DNA of 64,000 nucleotides from Cyanophora paradoxa CCMP329 (lineage: Eukaryota; Plantae; Glaucophyta). The notes under the pieces were generated by a model. That model worked only from the letters and a program-made list of their open reading frames with translations. It was not told where the DNA came from and searched no databases. The stretch lies in contig QPMI01000615.1 in assembly GCA_004431415.1 (NCBI GenBank), forward strand, positions 62,001-126,000. Direction: 5' to 3'. This document shows positions 1 through 13,900 of the stretch, piece by piece. The position numbers were made by a program, and so were the translations under genes. Every line of letters starts with the position of its first letter. Position 1 is the stretch's first letter.

Positions 1-880
1 CAGTGTCTCCCTGGGCTTAGGCTTAGGAGGCTTAGGCTAATCGTAATTCTTATAAAAAAAATTAATTATAAGCTAAGTCACTGCGTCGTTTTTGGACCCT
101 GCTTAAGCTTTCCATGTCTAGCTGATCGCAATAGTAGTTTCTTAGCTCCCTTGATGGCCGTAATCGTAATTCCTGGTCCTTGAAGCTTATATTAGCTATG
201 TATATATAGCTATGGGTGATCGTAATCGGCACGGCATAACGTTAGCTTCTCAGCTCCCTCAGGGCCTGCCCTGGGCTTGGCCTTCGTAAATCGTAATTCT
301 TATGGGTTGGTCTTAGCTCTCCTGGGGGCAAGATGCTGTAGTCATTTCAATGATAACCGCACTTCGCTGGCTATCTGCTGGGGGTCGGGCTGCAGCGGCG
401 GTGATACCTGCGAGGCCGGCTCCACCTACTCCCGTCTGATCCTTCGTGTGCCATACACCCCTTGACGACCATGTGCACTTGGGAGGGAGGTATCACCGCC
501 GCTGCAGCCCGACCCCCTAGCCACTTGACCAGAGCTCGCCTCCTAGCCCCCGCCCCCAAAGCGAGGGGGCCAGCAGCCGCCTAGCCCCGCCCGATCGTAA
601 TCGAAATCGTAATCAGGCCAGGGCTCCCCCCGCCTATAGCCCATCGCAATCGTAATCGTACTAATCGCACAGACCTCTCGCAGGAGCATCTTCATCCGCT
701 ACGGCACGGGTGTGGACGCGAAGCGCCTGCTCAGCTCGTAGCTAGGCTCGGCTCCCATCCCCTTTTTTCCATCAGGGCACCAGTCCCTGCGGGTTACGCT
801 CTCACCCCGAACAGCACGGGTATAGTTAAAGCGTTGACGGTCTAGGAGTGGTCCCGCGCGCCCGTAGCTTAGAAAGAGCA
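1..880. mobile_element. Right part of long-TIR non-autonomous element (family 1); right arm 518-880, internal ATTACG-motif region upstream, truncated by window edge
   Basis: 518-880 is the near reverse complement of 6330-6686 and ends ...GTAGCTTAGAAAGAGCA. The upstream part repeats ATCGTAATTC motifs matching the interior of the 42178-42739 copy. Confidence 0.8.
380..517. repeat. Perfect 30-bp inverted repeat (hairpin or mini-MITE) inside the element
   Basis: GGGGGTCGGGCTGCAGCGGCGGTGATACCT (380-409) and its exact reverse complement at 488-517. Confidence 0.9.
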
Positions 881-1064
881 CCCCCTTGTGCACGTCACAT
901 CGTCATTGCAACAAAAACATGGTTGCCATGCGTGCAGAAATCCGCACTAAAAGCGAATGGCTCCAGCAGCGCGAGAAGACGAACGTGGCGGAGGCGACGA
1001 CATCTGCACCTGGGACGTACGGATCGGCTGCACCTGAATCGCAGCGATGTGAGGAATGCCGAAT

Positions 1065-3527
1065 TCAATTCAGAACGGCGGCAAAAGAATACCGAGCTGT
1101 AGAGCGGCTGCTGCACGGGTATAGGGATGCCGTTGCCATACGGGTTGTTTGAATTGAAGCTCGCGGAGTGGTAAATGGACGGCTGGCCTCCATATGTGGG
1201 AGTGGGATCGTATACGCCACTGTGGAAGAGGGGGGAGGAGGAGGGAGGGGGGGGGCGGGGAATCCCGGGTCAGGACACCCCACAGCGATAAACACATGCA
1301 CAAGATCAACATACCTTCCAATAGGTTTCGTGACCGATGGAGAACCAGCGTATCCACCAGGATTCGATGGCCGTGATGGCGTGAATCCCGAGTTGTAAAT
1401 GACGGGGTCCTTGTACTGAGCGCCACTGTAGCCATACGTGTCACGTCCCTGCGATCTTCCTCGTGAATACTTCGAAGACCGAAAGCAACTGAGAAAATTT
1501 TCAACATACAGTGCGGAGTGCTTCCTCGAACGTGATCTGCCTGAAACGGGCAGCACAGACATCCCGCTGCATGGCATCGACATTTGCTCGCAGAGCCTGC
1601 ATATCGGACACCGCGTCAGGTGAGCGTTCAGGGAGCACGCAAGCGTGAGAGAGAACAACAAAGGCCCCACCTCCAGCTCAACGAACAATGCCCGTGTTGA
1701 TGGCGCCCCGCTCTGATAGATGGCAGCGCTAGAGGCTGTGAAACTCTGGCCATGCTTGCTCTTCAAAGTCGCAGGAGGTGCAAGATTGAGGGGAGTTCCT
1801 GGGCGAAGCTTCTGGATCTTGTGCTGCTCAATAATCTCCAAGCCTTTCCAGCTGTTTGTGAGCGATAGCCTAAAATTCCAAAGAAAACAGAACACACCCT
1901 CGCATTTCCGGTCGTCCAAGTACGTTTCCGGCATCAGTGTCTTTCCTTCCAAGGTGACAACCGCAGCATATGTGCACGAGTCACTGGGCCCGAAGTCGGT
2001 TGTCCGAATGACAATGTACTCGTTTTCGTGGCTGCACAAGTGTTCACTGAATAATCCCGGTAATGAGCCGGGCCTCGCGTACCCTGGAAGTGCCTTGACG
2101 GTGACAAATCCTCGTGCAGGATCGTCCATGATAGGAAGGCGCTTGGTGTCGAACTTTCCATTCAGGTCGTGGTTTGCCTGGCGAGGAAGGTGAACAACAG
2201 CCCTCAGTACGACAAGAGGAAGGAGACGCGACGATTGCTGCGTACCATCAAATACACATTCGCACCACGGAATGTCTCGAGTGCCGGAGAGCACACTTCT
2301 CCGCTCACCTGGCTACAGGTCAGCAACCGCCCACACGAGACCTTTCGGTCAGTCGCTCGGGGGTGGCTCACCCTCCGCGGAAACATCATCCACTTCCTCC
2401 GCAGGGGGTGGAAGAAGACGGCCTTGTGACCCAGGAAACCCTGCGAGAAGCACTGGTCAATCACTCGACGCCAACAGCCGCCCCGGACCTGCGCACATTC
2501 ATGCAGCCGCAGGCAATCTGCATCTTCCGGTACTCCTCGAAAAAGTCGATCGTCTCGACTTGGAAGTCGGGGGTCACCCGCTTCACCTGTGCGGCCTGCT
2601 CAGAAAAGCATCAAAAAAGCAGATTCCTTTGGTAAAGACCTGGCACGTGTCCGGGTGGTCAGTTCGCCCCTCTCCGCCAATGTATAGCAAATTCTCTTTA
2701 ATGGTCATCCACCGAGCCTTGAAGGGCCGCCCGGTGGAGTCGGAACCAAGGTTCACGCGCGGGATGGCGTTCGGTCCCTGGATCTCGACCAGCATCGAAG
2801 TCTTGTTGTCAACCTGCATGCATACGTGATCGCAACAGAATCAACGCCAGGCGACGGAAACGGTGCGAACCGATAGAAGCTGGCCGTTCCAGATGACGAG
2901 CTCCACGAGCTCGAGGGCCTTGTTCTTTGCGCCAAGATTTCCCACCTCGTACTCGCCTGGAGGCACATTAAAGACAAGCAAAGAGAAGACATCGAAGCTG
3001 GGCGGACCAATGTAAACAACAGAGTACTTTCCGCTGGCATCCTCGCGGAAGAGATCGAAGAACCGCAGTGTGGGCACGCGTTCCTTGCCTTTGAAAGTCT
3101 CTCCGTCCGTCGCTACGGCTATCCGGTACAGAATCCCCGGACTGCGCAAGCGAGGTTGCAGAAGAGGAGAACCAGTCGGCGCCGGCAGGGCGCACGCTCC
3201 AGGGTTCCCGCTCCAACTCCGCGTGAACTCCGCTTCTGTCGCCTTCCACCGGGAGATGGCTAGAGCGCGACTGTCGATGGCAGACTTGACTGCGCCGCAC
3301 GTTACGTGGAAGTGTGGCGCGCATCTCCACAAAGCTGCGGACCGGCCTGCTTGGCGTTGAAAACATCTGACTCCGCGGCCGAAGACGGCGCCTCGATGCC
3401 GAAGCAGCGCTTCCAGACGCTGGGTGCGGTGAGCGGTCACGCACGGCGGCGGCGGGCGGGCGGAAGCTGGGGCGACGCACCTAGCGACACAGGAGAAACC
3501 ACCGGATTCCTCTTCGTCGTAGGACAT
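1065..3527 (-). CDS. Divergent apyrase / calcium-activated nucleotidase (CANT1/SCAN-1 family) with C-terminal low-complexity extension; multi-exon
   Basis: Colinear motifs YRIAVATD, LELVELVIWNGQLLSV, FKARWMTIKENLLYIGG, KWMMFPRRVS, RGFVTVKALPG and VTLEGKTLMPETYLDDRKCEG match CANT1 propeller motifs. The 3' end is approximate. Confidence 0.75.
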
Positions 3528-3742
3528 GGCTGAGAACGAGGGCCTGTTTGGCCCGTTGACTTTTTTTCACACAGCCACTCGTACCCCCGTGGCTGCGCCT
3601 CGCCTCGCCGCTTCCAGCGGGCGCTGTTCAGCCGTGGAGTGTCTATTTCTTGCTTTCTCTCTCTGTCTCTATCTAGGAAGTTTCCGCGTACGGGCCCTCG
3701 GAGCGAGGTGGCTAAAGGAGGTCTAGCGCATCCGGCGGCATC

Positions 3743-6130
3743 ATGGATCGGGAGGAGAACGACCCGGCACTCGACCTGCTCATGGAAATGGCCGCCACGC
3801 GCCCTCCCGAGCGCTCCAGCTACGCAGACTCCTCCGACGAGGAGGGCGAGACTGAGGTGCCCGCAGGCCGACCATGGCGTATTGCAAACTCTGATCGTAT
3901 GCGCAGGAGCGCAAGCGCCTCCGGCAAGAGTCGGACTCAGAGGGCGCGCAGGCGGGCTTCAAACCGTCTGACAAGAAGGGCGCGCTTCCTTTGCGGAAGC
4001 GCGCGCTTATGCGAGAAGACCATGAAAATGAAGCGGTCAGTATAGCATGTCCTGCTTTCCTGCTGCAGCCTGACGACTAGGCAGGCCTCCGCTCAGCGTG
4101 ATGAGCCGTCGCCTGCGCCAGCCGAATCAAGCCGCGGTTCCGCGAGGGGCGCTGATTCTGGGAAAAATGCTGAACGGTACTGCATCTGCAGGTGAGGGTG
4201 GCTCCGTCGCATCATCGCCCGGCATTCACGCTGTCGGCTCGCCTTTAGATCGACGGAAAGTTCGGGATTCATGATCCAGTGCGACGAATGCGAGGATTGG
4301 TTCCACGGAAAGTCAGCTCTTTCCATCCGTCCGCTGGAACTCCTCCATTCTAAGCGGAGCACAGATGCGTTAAGATCAGTCGCACGCAAGCGAAGACCCT
4401 GACGAAGTACAAGTGCCCTCTCTGCTCCCCGAAGTCAGCCGATGCGCCGAGGCCGACCGATCCAGTCAGTGAGCCTCCTGCAGAGGCATCATCTGGTACG
4501 TCTGAATTTTCGCACGTGGGAAGCTCTTACCTGGTCGCTAGGTGACCCAGCAAAGCGTAATGTCAAAGGCAAGACGGGAACATGGAAGCGGGACCAGGTT
4601 CAACAATCAACAAAATCATCTGAGAAATCCGAGAAGCCTCTCCCGCCAAGGGTAGGCCTGTGACGCTCACGTGTGGTGTTTGTTCCACCAATTGTCGTTC
4701 AGGGGCGGCCTGGCTCGCCGCAGACATGCCAGAATCCGGTATGGCTGCTTTTTTTTTATGTTGTCAGTCGTTGTTCGAAGAGCAATCTACTGCAGATTTG
4801 CGGGGCTTTTGCACGGCCTGGCAGCCAGTACTGCAGTGAAAGTTGCAAAAAGCTGCAGAGTTCCTTGAACAGCTATGGCACTTCAGACCAACCCAAGCGC
4901 CTTGATATTCTTGGCCTAATGAAGCGTCCAAGTGCGAACATTGGATTCGCAGTGGCGACAGCAACGGGCATCAGCAGTCTGTCGAATTTAGCAACCTTAA
5001 AGCCGCTCATTCCTTCGACAGCGCCCGCTATTGCCTCTCTTCCTCTTCCTCGTTCTGGTACTTGTTCTTGCATTCACCTCGACTCTTCTTCCACTGATTG
5101 CTCTGGCCAGCGATTGAGGAGAAGCTTACTGCGGAATTCAAAGTTGAGGACATGGACGATGAAGATCTTCTTGGTCGCGTGAAAGATAATCCGAGCGCCC
5201 TGGACAGTGAAGATTTGGCCCGTCTGGAGGATGGATATCGCCAAAGACAAGAATGCGAGCAAAGGTGCTCTAAAAACACCCACGAGTCACTCATTCCAAC
5301 TGTTTTGCCTGGCCAGACTTGAACTTCTCCAAGACAAGGGGAAGCGTTTGGATGCAGCGATCGAGAGGGCTTCCACATTGTTAGCCACTGATTCCGAACT
5401 TGAAGATGTGCGCTTCCTTGCCTCGGTTTCTTGGTTTCAACCAACTCACCAATTGTGCAGCGTGCTGGTGATGACGATGCTGGTTCAGCCATTGTAGATT
5501 GCAGTATCTGCGGGCAGCCTGTTGCAAGCAAGAACTTCTCAAAGCATGTTGAAAGCTGCTCTCGCAAGGTGCGACTCGATGCTGTATGCTGTGATTGCAC
5601 GAAATCCCTGACACGGCGCCTTTTTCTTTGAAAGGAATTGGAGACGCTTGCTGTTACCAGGCGGAAGGATGGAGATGCCGACGGCGAGCTCTGCGGACAT
5701 GCCATCTCGAAGGCAGGGAAGCGATGCATGTATCCGAAGGCGTCATGTCCGCTTCATTCAGCTCTTGCAGTATCTGCTGGGAAGGTGCACATATAGCTGG
5801 CATAGCGCAGACCGATTCTCACCGTGGTCATCCAGGTAATGAAGAATCAGCTGTGTGGATGTCCTCTCGATCAGACTCCCGATGATGTCTGCATGGTTTT
5901 ACGTTCGATTTGCATGCGGCACTCGGGCTGGGAGTCGATCCAGCGAGGAAATCTTCAGCAAGAGATACAACATCAGGTTCGCATGGGCGTTTCCTTATTG
6001 TTTCTTCTGCACGGCTTGACGTACTTCAATGCAGCAAGACGTACTTTCGAAGTTGACAGAAACAGAGACACGAATCATGAAGGGCCTCCGTGCCCGCTAC
6101 CTTGTACGTCTGAAGGAGACAATGAGCTAA
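3743..6130 (+). CDS. CFP1/Spp1-like COMPASS subunit (PHD finger plus Set1-interacting C-terminal Cys/His region); no CXXC domain seen
   Basis: YCICR..FMIQCDECEDWFHGK..C..YKCPLC PHD finger; ARPGSQYCSESC, CSICGQPV..HVESC and LCGCPL..C..C.RHSGWE match the CFP1 C-terminus; last exon ends RLKETMS-TAA at 6130. Confidence 0.8.
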
Positions 6131-6153
6131 GTCTGAAGGAGACAATGAGCTGA
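6108..6153 (+). repeat. 23-bp tandem duplication of the CDS end including the stop codon
   Basis: GTCTGAAGGAGACAATGAGCTAA followed directly by GTCTGAAGGAGACAATGAGCTGA. Confidence 0.9.
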
Positions 6154-6329
6154 GAACGTTTTAGGCTTGCCGCGACTTCACAGTACAAATTTGAAGTAGA
6201 AGCGGAAGCTCGAAAACAATTTAGCCATACGAAAGCGGATGTCCGGTCCGCGGCTGTTGTAGCTGCTGGGTGCCACACTGCACACTTCGCTGGAAATAGC
6301 CGAAATAGTGCATAAATAGCCGCTCCTCT

Positions 6330-6686
6330 TGCTCTTTCTAAGCTACAGGCGCGACCGGACCTCCTACCTCGGCGCTTTAACTGTACCCGTGCTGTTTGGG
6401 ATAGAGCGTAACCCGCAGGGACTGGTGCCCTGATGGAGAAAAGGGAATCGGAGCCTAGCTAGCTACGAGCCGAGCAGGCGCTTCGCGTCCACGCCCGTGC
6501 CGTAGCGGATGAAGATGCTCCTGCGAGAGGTCTGTGCGATCAGCACGATTACGATTGCGATGGGCTATAGGCGGGGGGAGCCCTGGCCTGATTACGATTA
6601 CGATTACGATCGGGCGGGGCTAGCCGGCTGCTGGCCCCCTCGCTTTGGGGGCGGGGGCTAGGAGGCGAGCTCTGGTCAAGTGGCTA
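6330..6686 (+). mobile_element. Family 1 element, left arm only
   Basis: Starts TGCTCTTTCTAAGCTAC; near-identical to the starts at 15581, 22106 and 42178; contains GATTAC tandem hexamers. Confidence 0.85.
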
Positions 6687-6722
6687 AGTGGCCGGAGCAA
6701 TAGTTTCGATAGTAGTAGTGGC

Positions 6723-7747
6723 CTACTCACAAGGATCACATGTACAGGTAGAGCTTTCCGACTGAGCTAGTGAAAAGCAGGACCAGCATATTCGTTGTGT
6801 GGATCCGTTGTCGCATTCAATGCGAAGCCAGTCGCCAATACATTGGATGAAAAACCTGCACACGAGGGGGCTCTGAGAAAAGCATTGCAGGCTTCGTGGC
6901 ACATGTGCACATGCACCGTCGCTTTACAGCTGATGCCCATGTCCGCCCCAGGACTTCACGATCTGTCCTTGCTTGCACTGGCTGAATTTTTGTGGCTATA
7001 ACCTGGGCTCCTGACAGGGAAGATAGTTTTCTTAACTCGAGAGCAACTGCTGTAAGCAGCTGGAAATAGGCATCCTGTGGACTATTCAATTACAAATCCA
7101 ACGCGATCTTGCCAACAAATAAGATAACCTGGTCCATGACGCGATCTTGCCAACAAAATGATGAAGCAGAATCCAAAATGATGAGCTCGAAATGCATACT
7201 TGACGTTGGCAATGAGGATTGCAGTCGACGAATTGCACTGAGCAGCTCTATTGATGAAGTGCAGCGGAGAAGATGCAGATTTCTGAGACAAGACTCAACA
7301 AACGTGAATTTCTCCGAATCAGGCATGCCAGCCTGAGCTTGCCTGTAGGAAGCGGATCTCAGTGCTGATGTTGATTTCCAGCAGTCGGAAATGTGCACCG
7401 CTTTTTGAGAAGATGAATGAACAACAGCAGAGGGAAACGACAATCCGCGTCGATGTACACGGCGTGCCTGCCACCGGCAACGCAGGTCGCCAGGAGCTGT
7501 GCTAACTTATATCAAAATTTCGGGGATGATGGGGCGGGCACCACACCTCGAGTGCAAGCCTTGTCTTTCCAGATCCGCTCGGGCCTGTGATCTCAATGAT
7601 TCCGGGTCTCTCGAATGTCTCCAGCGCGTCCTTGAATGCCACAACATCGGCCAGAGAGGCGTTCGACGCGCGGCCCCGAGCCCTCCACTCAAGCGCCCTT
7701 TCATCTGGCAGCAGCGCTTCGTCGAAAGGAACATCGACTGTTGCCAT
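6723..7747 (-). CDS. XRCC2: RAD51 paralog, XRCC2-like
   Basis: Walker A GIIEITGPSGSGKT; Walker B region LIILDSASSFCWQDRV (XRCC2-type LILDSLSAFYWIDR); short protein lacking the RAD51 N-terminal domain. Confidence 0.7.
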
Positions 7748-8189
7748 TGTATCTGCTGTACGCGACGTCTGAATTCGCGTTCGCTGTGCTTCGGGGCCCC
7801 CGGGCCCCGCGGCTGTGAGTTTGAATTCGAGTGCACGAGAATGTGCGCGGGGCCGATTTCCGCAGGGAGGTCGACTTGGAGACGTCCGGATCTAGACGCT
7901 TCCGGGAATCTGGGCTCCGGGCCGACCTCCAACTTGTCGACGTCCGGTCAAAGTGCCAGCGCCGACCGACGTGAAGCCTAGGCCTCGAGCTCGAGCTCAG
8001 CTGAGCGTTGTCGAAAAAAGGGTTGATCGATTGAAATTAAATTTTTAAAGGGCCTTCCAATCGCTCAAAAAGCCTCGATCTAGCTCGGAGCTTCAACGTT
8101 AACGAGCCGTAGTGTTTCGCGATCGAATTCGACGTCGACAGACTCCGAGTGTTTTCGCCTCGCTTATACCCCACTTATAAAAATTACAG

Positions 8190-8302
8190 CCGACTTACGG
8201 ATCGACTTACACTTACACCCCACTTCCACTCCCACTATAGCTAGTACTTACGGCGGCTCCAGGCTGACTTACGCCGTAAGTGGCAAGTCACTGGCAACCC
8301 TA
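8190..8302. mobile_element. Partial right end of family 2 MITE (degenerate tandem copy)
   Basis: CTTACGGCGGCTCCAGGCTGACTTACGCCGTAAGTGGCAA...GGCAACCCTA matches the 8650-8696 end. Confidence 0.7.
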
Positions 8303-8323
8303 GCCGTATGTGGGCCCTAGCTA

Positions 8324-8696
8324 TAGGGTTGCCGCCTACACTTACAAACGACTTACGTACTACGGTAAGTGACTTAACGTACACTCCACTTACACTTAAG
8401 GCCCCCAAAAATCGACTTACGGCCGTCAGTCGTAAGTACTAGTCGCCCCCCAGGATACCCCCTTCGACCAGCGAAAAAGGAACTAATTCGGACCCAAAAC
8501 GATCTAGAAACACTGTAAAATTTAAAGCGTGTTTCTCGCTTGTTCAGCAGTCAGTGCGCAGTGCAGTCAGTGCTTAAACACGGAGCCAACCTCACTCCCA
8601 CTCCCACTTACGGCGGCTCCAGGCTGACTTACACTTACACTTACACTCCCACTTACGGCGGCTCCAGGCTGACTTACGCCGTAAGTGGCAACCCTA
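8324..8696. mobile_element. Family 2 MITE with short TIRs TAGGGTTGCC...GGCAACCCTA and ACTTAC subterminal repeats (hAT-like)
   Basis: 10-bp terminal inverted repeat and many ACTTAC/GTAAGT motifs near both ends; no clear 8-bp TSD. Confidence 0.65.
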
Positions 8697-8916
8697 GCGG
8701 TAGGGGCACAAGTCAAGTTGATTGATCCGGATCGATAGCCGATGATCCAGAGGAGCGATATTACATACGGTACGGCCTTTGGATTCAATCTCGCTATCAA
8801 TCACGATTTCGGTCAAGGATTGTTCGATCTCGATTACGATAAGCGCAGCCTGCTAACCTAACTAATTATACTACCGGACCCAGCTGCAGTCCCATGTCCA
8901 GCTGTGAAGTTAAGCC

Positions 8917-10606
<1,690 letters not shown>

Positions 10607-10988
10607 GGCGGCTTGGAGCGGGTGCGCCCGGGCGCGGAAGAGAATGCCTAGAAGAAGAAAATCGCTCTTATCAGCACGCTGACGCGGCAGCGCGATCGTT
10701 ATCAGCACGCCGACGCGGCAGCGCAAGGCTCACGGTCGGCCTCGAACGTGGAGACGGGGGGTGCGCTGAGCCGAGAAAGACCCGGGTGAGGTCCTTTACG
10801 GGCTTGCTCGCGGTGGCTGTGCGCTGCTGCTGGGCAGCCTGGGCTTAGGGTAGGGGTACACCCGTTTACGCCTTCGCGCAGAGAAACGAGCAGCCGGTCA
10901 CCGGGTCGACGGCAGCACTCACTGTGCTTCTCAGCTTCAACGCGGACACGAGCTTACAGCGATTTGGAAGCAACCTTTCAACTTAACC

Positions 10989-13900
10989 ATGGCGAGCCCA
11001 ACGGCACTTCCAGAGGGCGACGCTGAGCTCTGGAGCGGTGCGCCCACATCGCCGTCGTTGCCTGAAAGCGCTCTCGCCGACTCATTCTCGCCCCGCTGCT
11101 CAGTCAATGACACCATTGGACGGTACGCCAACCTGAACAAATTTGATCGTCCTGCCCTGACCGCCCCCCCCGGCGCCCGCAGTAACCTTGAGAGGTCCCC
11201 ATCCGCTCCTTGACGCTGGCATGATCAGCTCCGACACAGTACACGCCGTGCGCAGAGTTTTGGACAAGGCGCAGGGGGTCATGTCTTCGATTTTCGGCGA
11301 CGACAAGGAGCCTCAGCGCATCAGGTTTAGCCGGGTCTATCAAAAATACGTCTAGACATCTTTGATCGCCCGCGCAGCACCACGCAAATTAAGAAGGTGC
11401 CGACCGCAGTGGCCGCTGCACAACAAGCGCAGGCAAACAAGCCGAAGACGAGCACATTCTCCTTCTTTGGCGGAAGCGCATTGCTCAAGGAATTCAACCT
11501 AAGAGACCAGGTTGCCTCTGGCGGTGCTGGCATGACATGGTCCGCCATTTCTTTCTGGTGCTGGTCATGTTCCTGAAACGGGCCCGACAGGCGTATTCAC
11601 GCAGCCTCGCGGAAGAGCAATAACGAGGAGGTTTCTGTGTGGATTTTCGACAAGAAGGTGCCTGGTTGGACTTGTTGGTGGTATAGTCAACGTTAAACTG
11701 ATCATGAATGCAGATAATTGATAGGGTTCCTAAAAACAGCCAAGAGACTGCCCTCGAAATCGCACGCAAAGAGGTTTGTCGCATGCTTGTCTTGGCTTGA
11801 TAGCTGCCTGAGTTGTGGTGCAGGGCACTCAGGTGGCACGATTGCGGTGCACATGTCCATGTCATGGTATCAAGCAGCTTTGTTTTTCTAAGCGCCTGGC
11901 AGCCATCCGCATATCATCCGAGTGCTTAATTCTGCCGAAGAGAGCAGGTATATTTGCCAGACATTACATGCGCTTACGTATCTCAACTCTCTCATCAGCA
12001 AGGACATGGTTTACGTGACCGAACCTGTGGTTGCAAGTCTTGCCAACGTGCTTGGCGATTACAGAAACCTGCCGTCTGCACCGAAGCACGTTCTTGATGC
12101 GAAACTTCTCGAGCTCGAGGTATCCCCGATATCCCAATGTGATGAAAGTCATTTCCCACTGATCACAAGCGCAGATAAAAGGAGGGATGTTGCAGCTTGC
12201 AGAGGCCCTAAGCTTTCTCCACAAAGATGCGAAAATGATACACCGCTTTTTGAGCCCGGAGAGTATCTTTCTTACAGCGAAGGTAAGTGATTGCGGATGT
12301 TTCGTCTAGAACATCCTGAGACCTTCTTCTGCAGGGTTCCTGGAAGCTGAATGGATTCGGCTTCTCCGTCTATTGTGTGTTTGGTTTTGCAGGTCTTTTA
12401 ATTTTTTTGACTTGTGTATTTCCGCAGGGAACCCGGACAGCTCATCCAAGGTCCTTTACGTCCCGTTTCGATTCCTTTCGTAACTAACGTTACGCACTGA
12501 AAATGAGCAGCCTCCAACAGTGCAGTACGAGTCTGATGTCACAAGCCCGTTTCCGTTGCAGCCCCAAATGGGGTGGTCAGGTCTCCAGATGAATCACTCA
12601 TTTTATTTGAACTGTTCTTCTGATACAGGTGTGCAGCTCCGGAGCTGCTTGCCGGAGAAAGCTATGATTACTCTGTCGATATGTTTTCCCTTGGTCTTCA
12701 TTTTTTTGTTGCTTGTTACTTGTGCTCTGCTCATTTGTGTAACAGGAAGTCTCTTGTATTCTGTGTTTAATTCTGGCAAGACGCCCTTCTCTTCAGCAGG
12801 TGTGATATCAGCAACCGAAATGATTCCACTGTGGCTAACAGATCGCCTCAGAGAGGAACATGACTGTGTTCCGCAAGCAAGTGACCACAGGCTCATTCCC
12901 TCTAGAGAATGTTCCTTTGTCCCTACAAGGTGATGCCCACAGCTGTTTCGCTCATTTGTGGCATTGAGTCCAGTGCACAGATGTCTTAAAGCAGCTTCTC
13001 TCACATGCACCGAAGAACCGTCCCGATGCCAAGACCTTCTTATCATCAGCTTACTTCAATGATGTCGTAAATGACGCTCCAATTTCTTTTCTGAATTTCA
13101 TCCGCTAATCTTTGCTATCCGCCTTCATTTGACAGCTTTTCAAGGGTGATTGCTTGGTTGAATAGTATCCGGTTTCGAACCATGACAATCGTCTGCAGCC
13201 ATCCGATACTTGGACACGTTGCTAGAGAGGGACAACAACAGCAAGGCGCAGTTTTTCAAGGCACTTCTCACTCTCTTGCCGAAATTTGAGCAGAAAATTG
13301 CGATTCAGAAGGTTGTTGTGTACTCGCTCTCTTGTCTTAGTTTGCCTCACCATCTCCAACAGGTTTTGCCTCCAGTTCTCGCCGAGCTCCGACATGCAGC
13401 TCTCCTTCAGCACACGCTGCCAGTCGTCATGACTATTGCTGAGAATCAGGAGACTGCAGATTTTCAAAGAGATACTCTTCCTGCTCTCGAGCCAGTTATG
13501 GCTTCAGCAAATGACACTGCGGATGTTATTTTCATCCTGTGAGCTTGCTCATTATAATCTGTCAACTTACCATGTCTCTAATCGCCGTTCTCAGGCTGAA
13601 GCATATGCATACTCTTCTTAGCAAAAGCACGCCGGACGCCCTGAGAGACTGTAAGCAAACCAATGTCAGCAATGTGTGTTCAGTGGTGCTTACCACCATA
13701 CTCAGTTGTACTCCCAATGGTGTTCAAGGCATACGAGGGCTCAGCCAAGGATGTCCAAGACGAAGCTGTAAAGTCTACGGCATTGTTTGCTGACAAGGTG
13801 GTAGTTCTGCTGTCTTCTTTCTTTTTCTGTTGCTCACCGTCAATATCTAGATCGAGAAATCCACACTGCGCTCCTCAGTTCTGCCAAGGCTTCTGGTAAA

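Noticed and set aside
15-40. GCTTAGGCTTAGG as a telomeric repeat
   Set aside because: Only about three imperfect units, inside the repeat interior; no array.
699-893. Recurring peptide LFLSYGR in several short ORFs (699, 22048, 26944, 43664)
   Set aside because: It is simply the translation of the family 1 terminus, not a protein family.
6420-6450. CTGATGG..GAAA in family 1 as a hammerhead ribozyme (Penelope or retrozyme-like)
   Set aside because: The core is CTGATGG rather than CUGANGA, with no stem II between it and GAAA; it forms only a small CCCT/AGGG hairpin.
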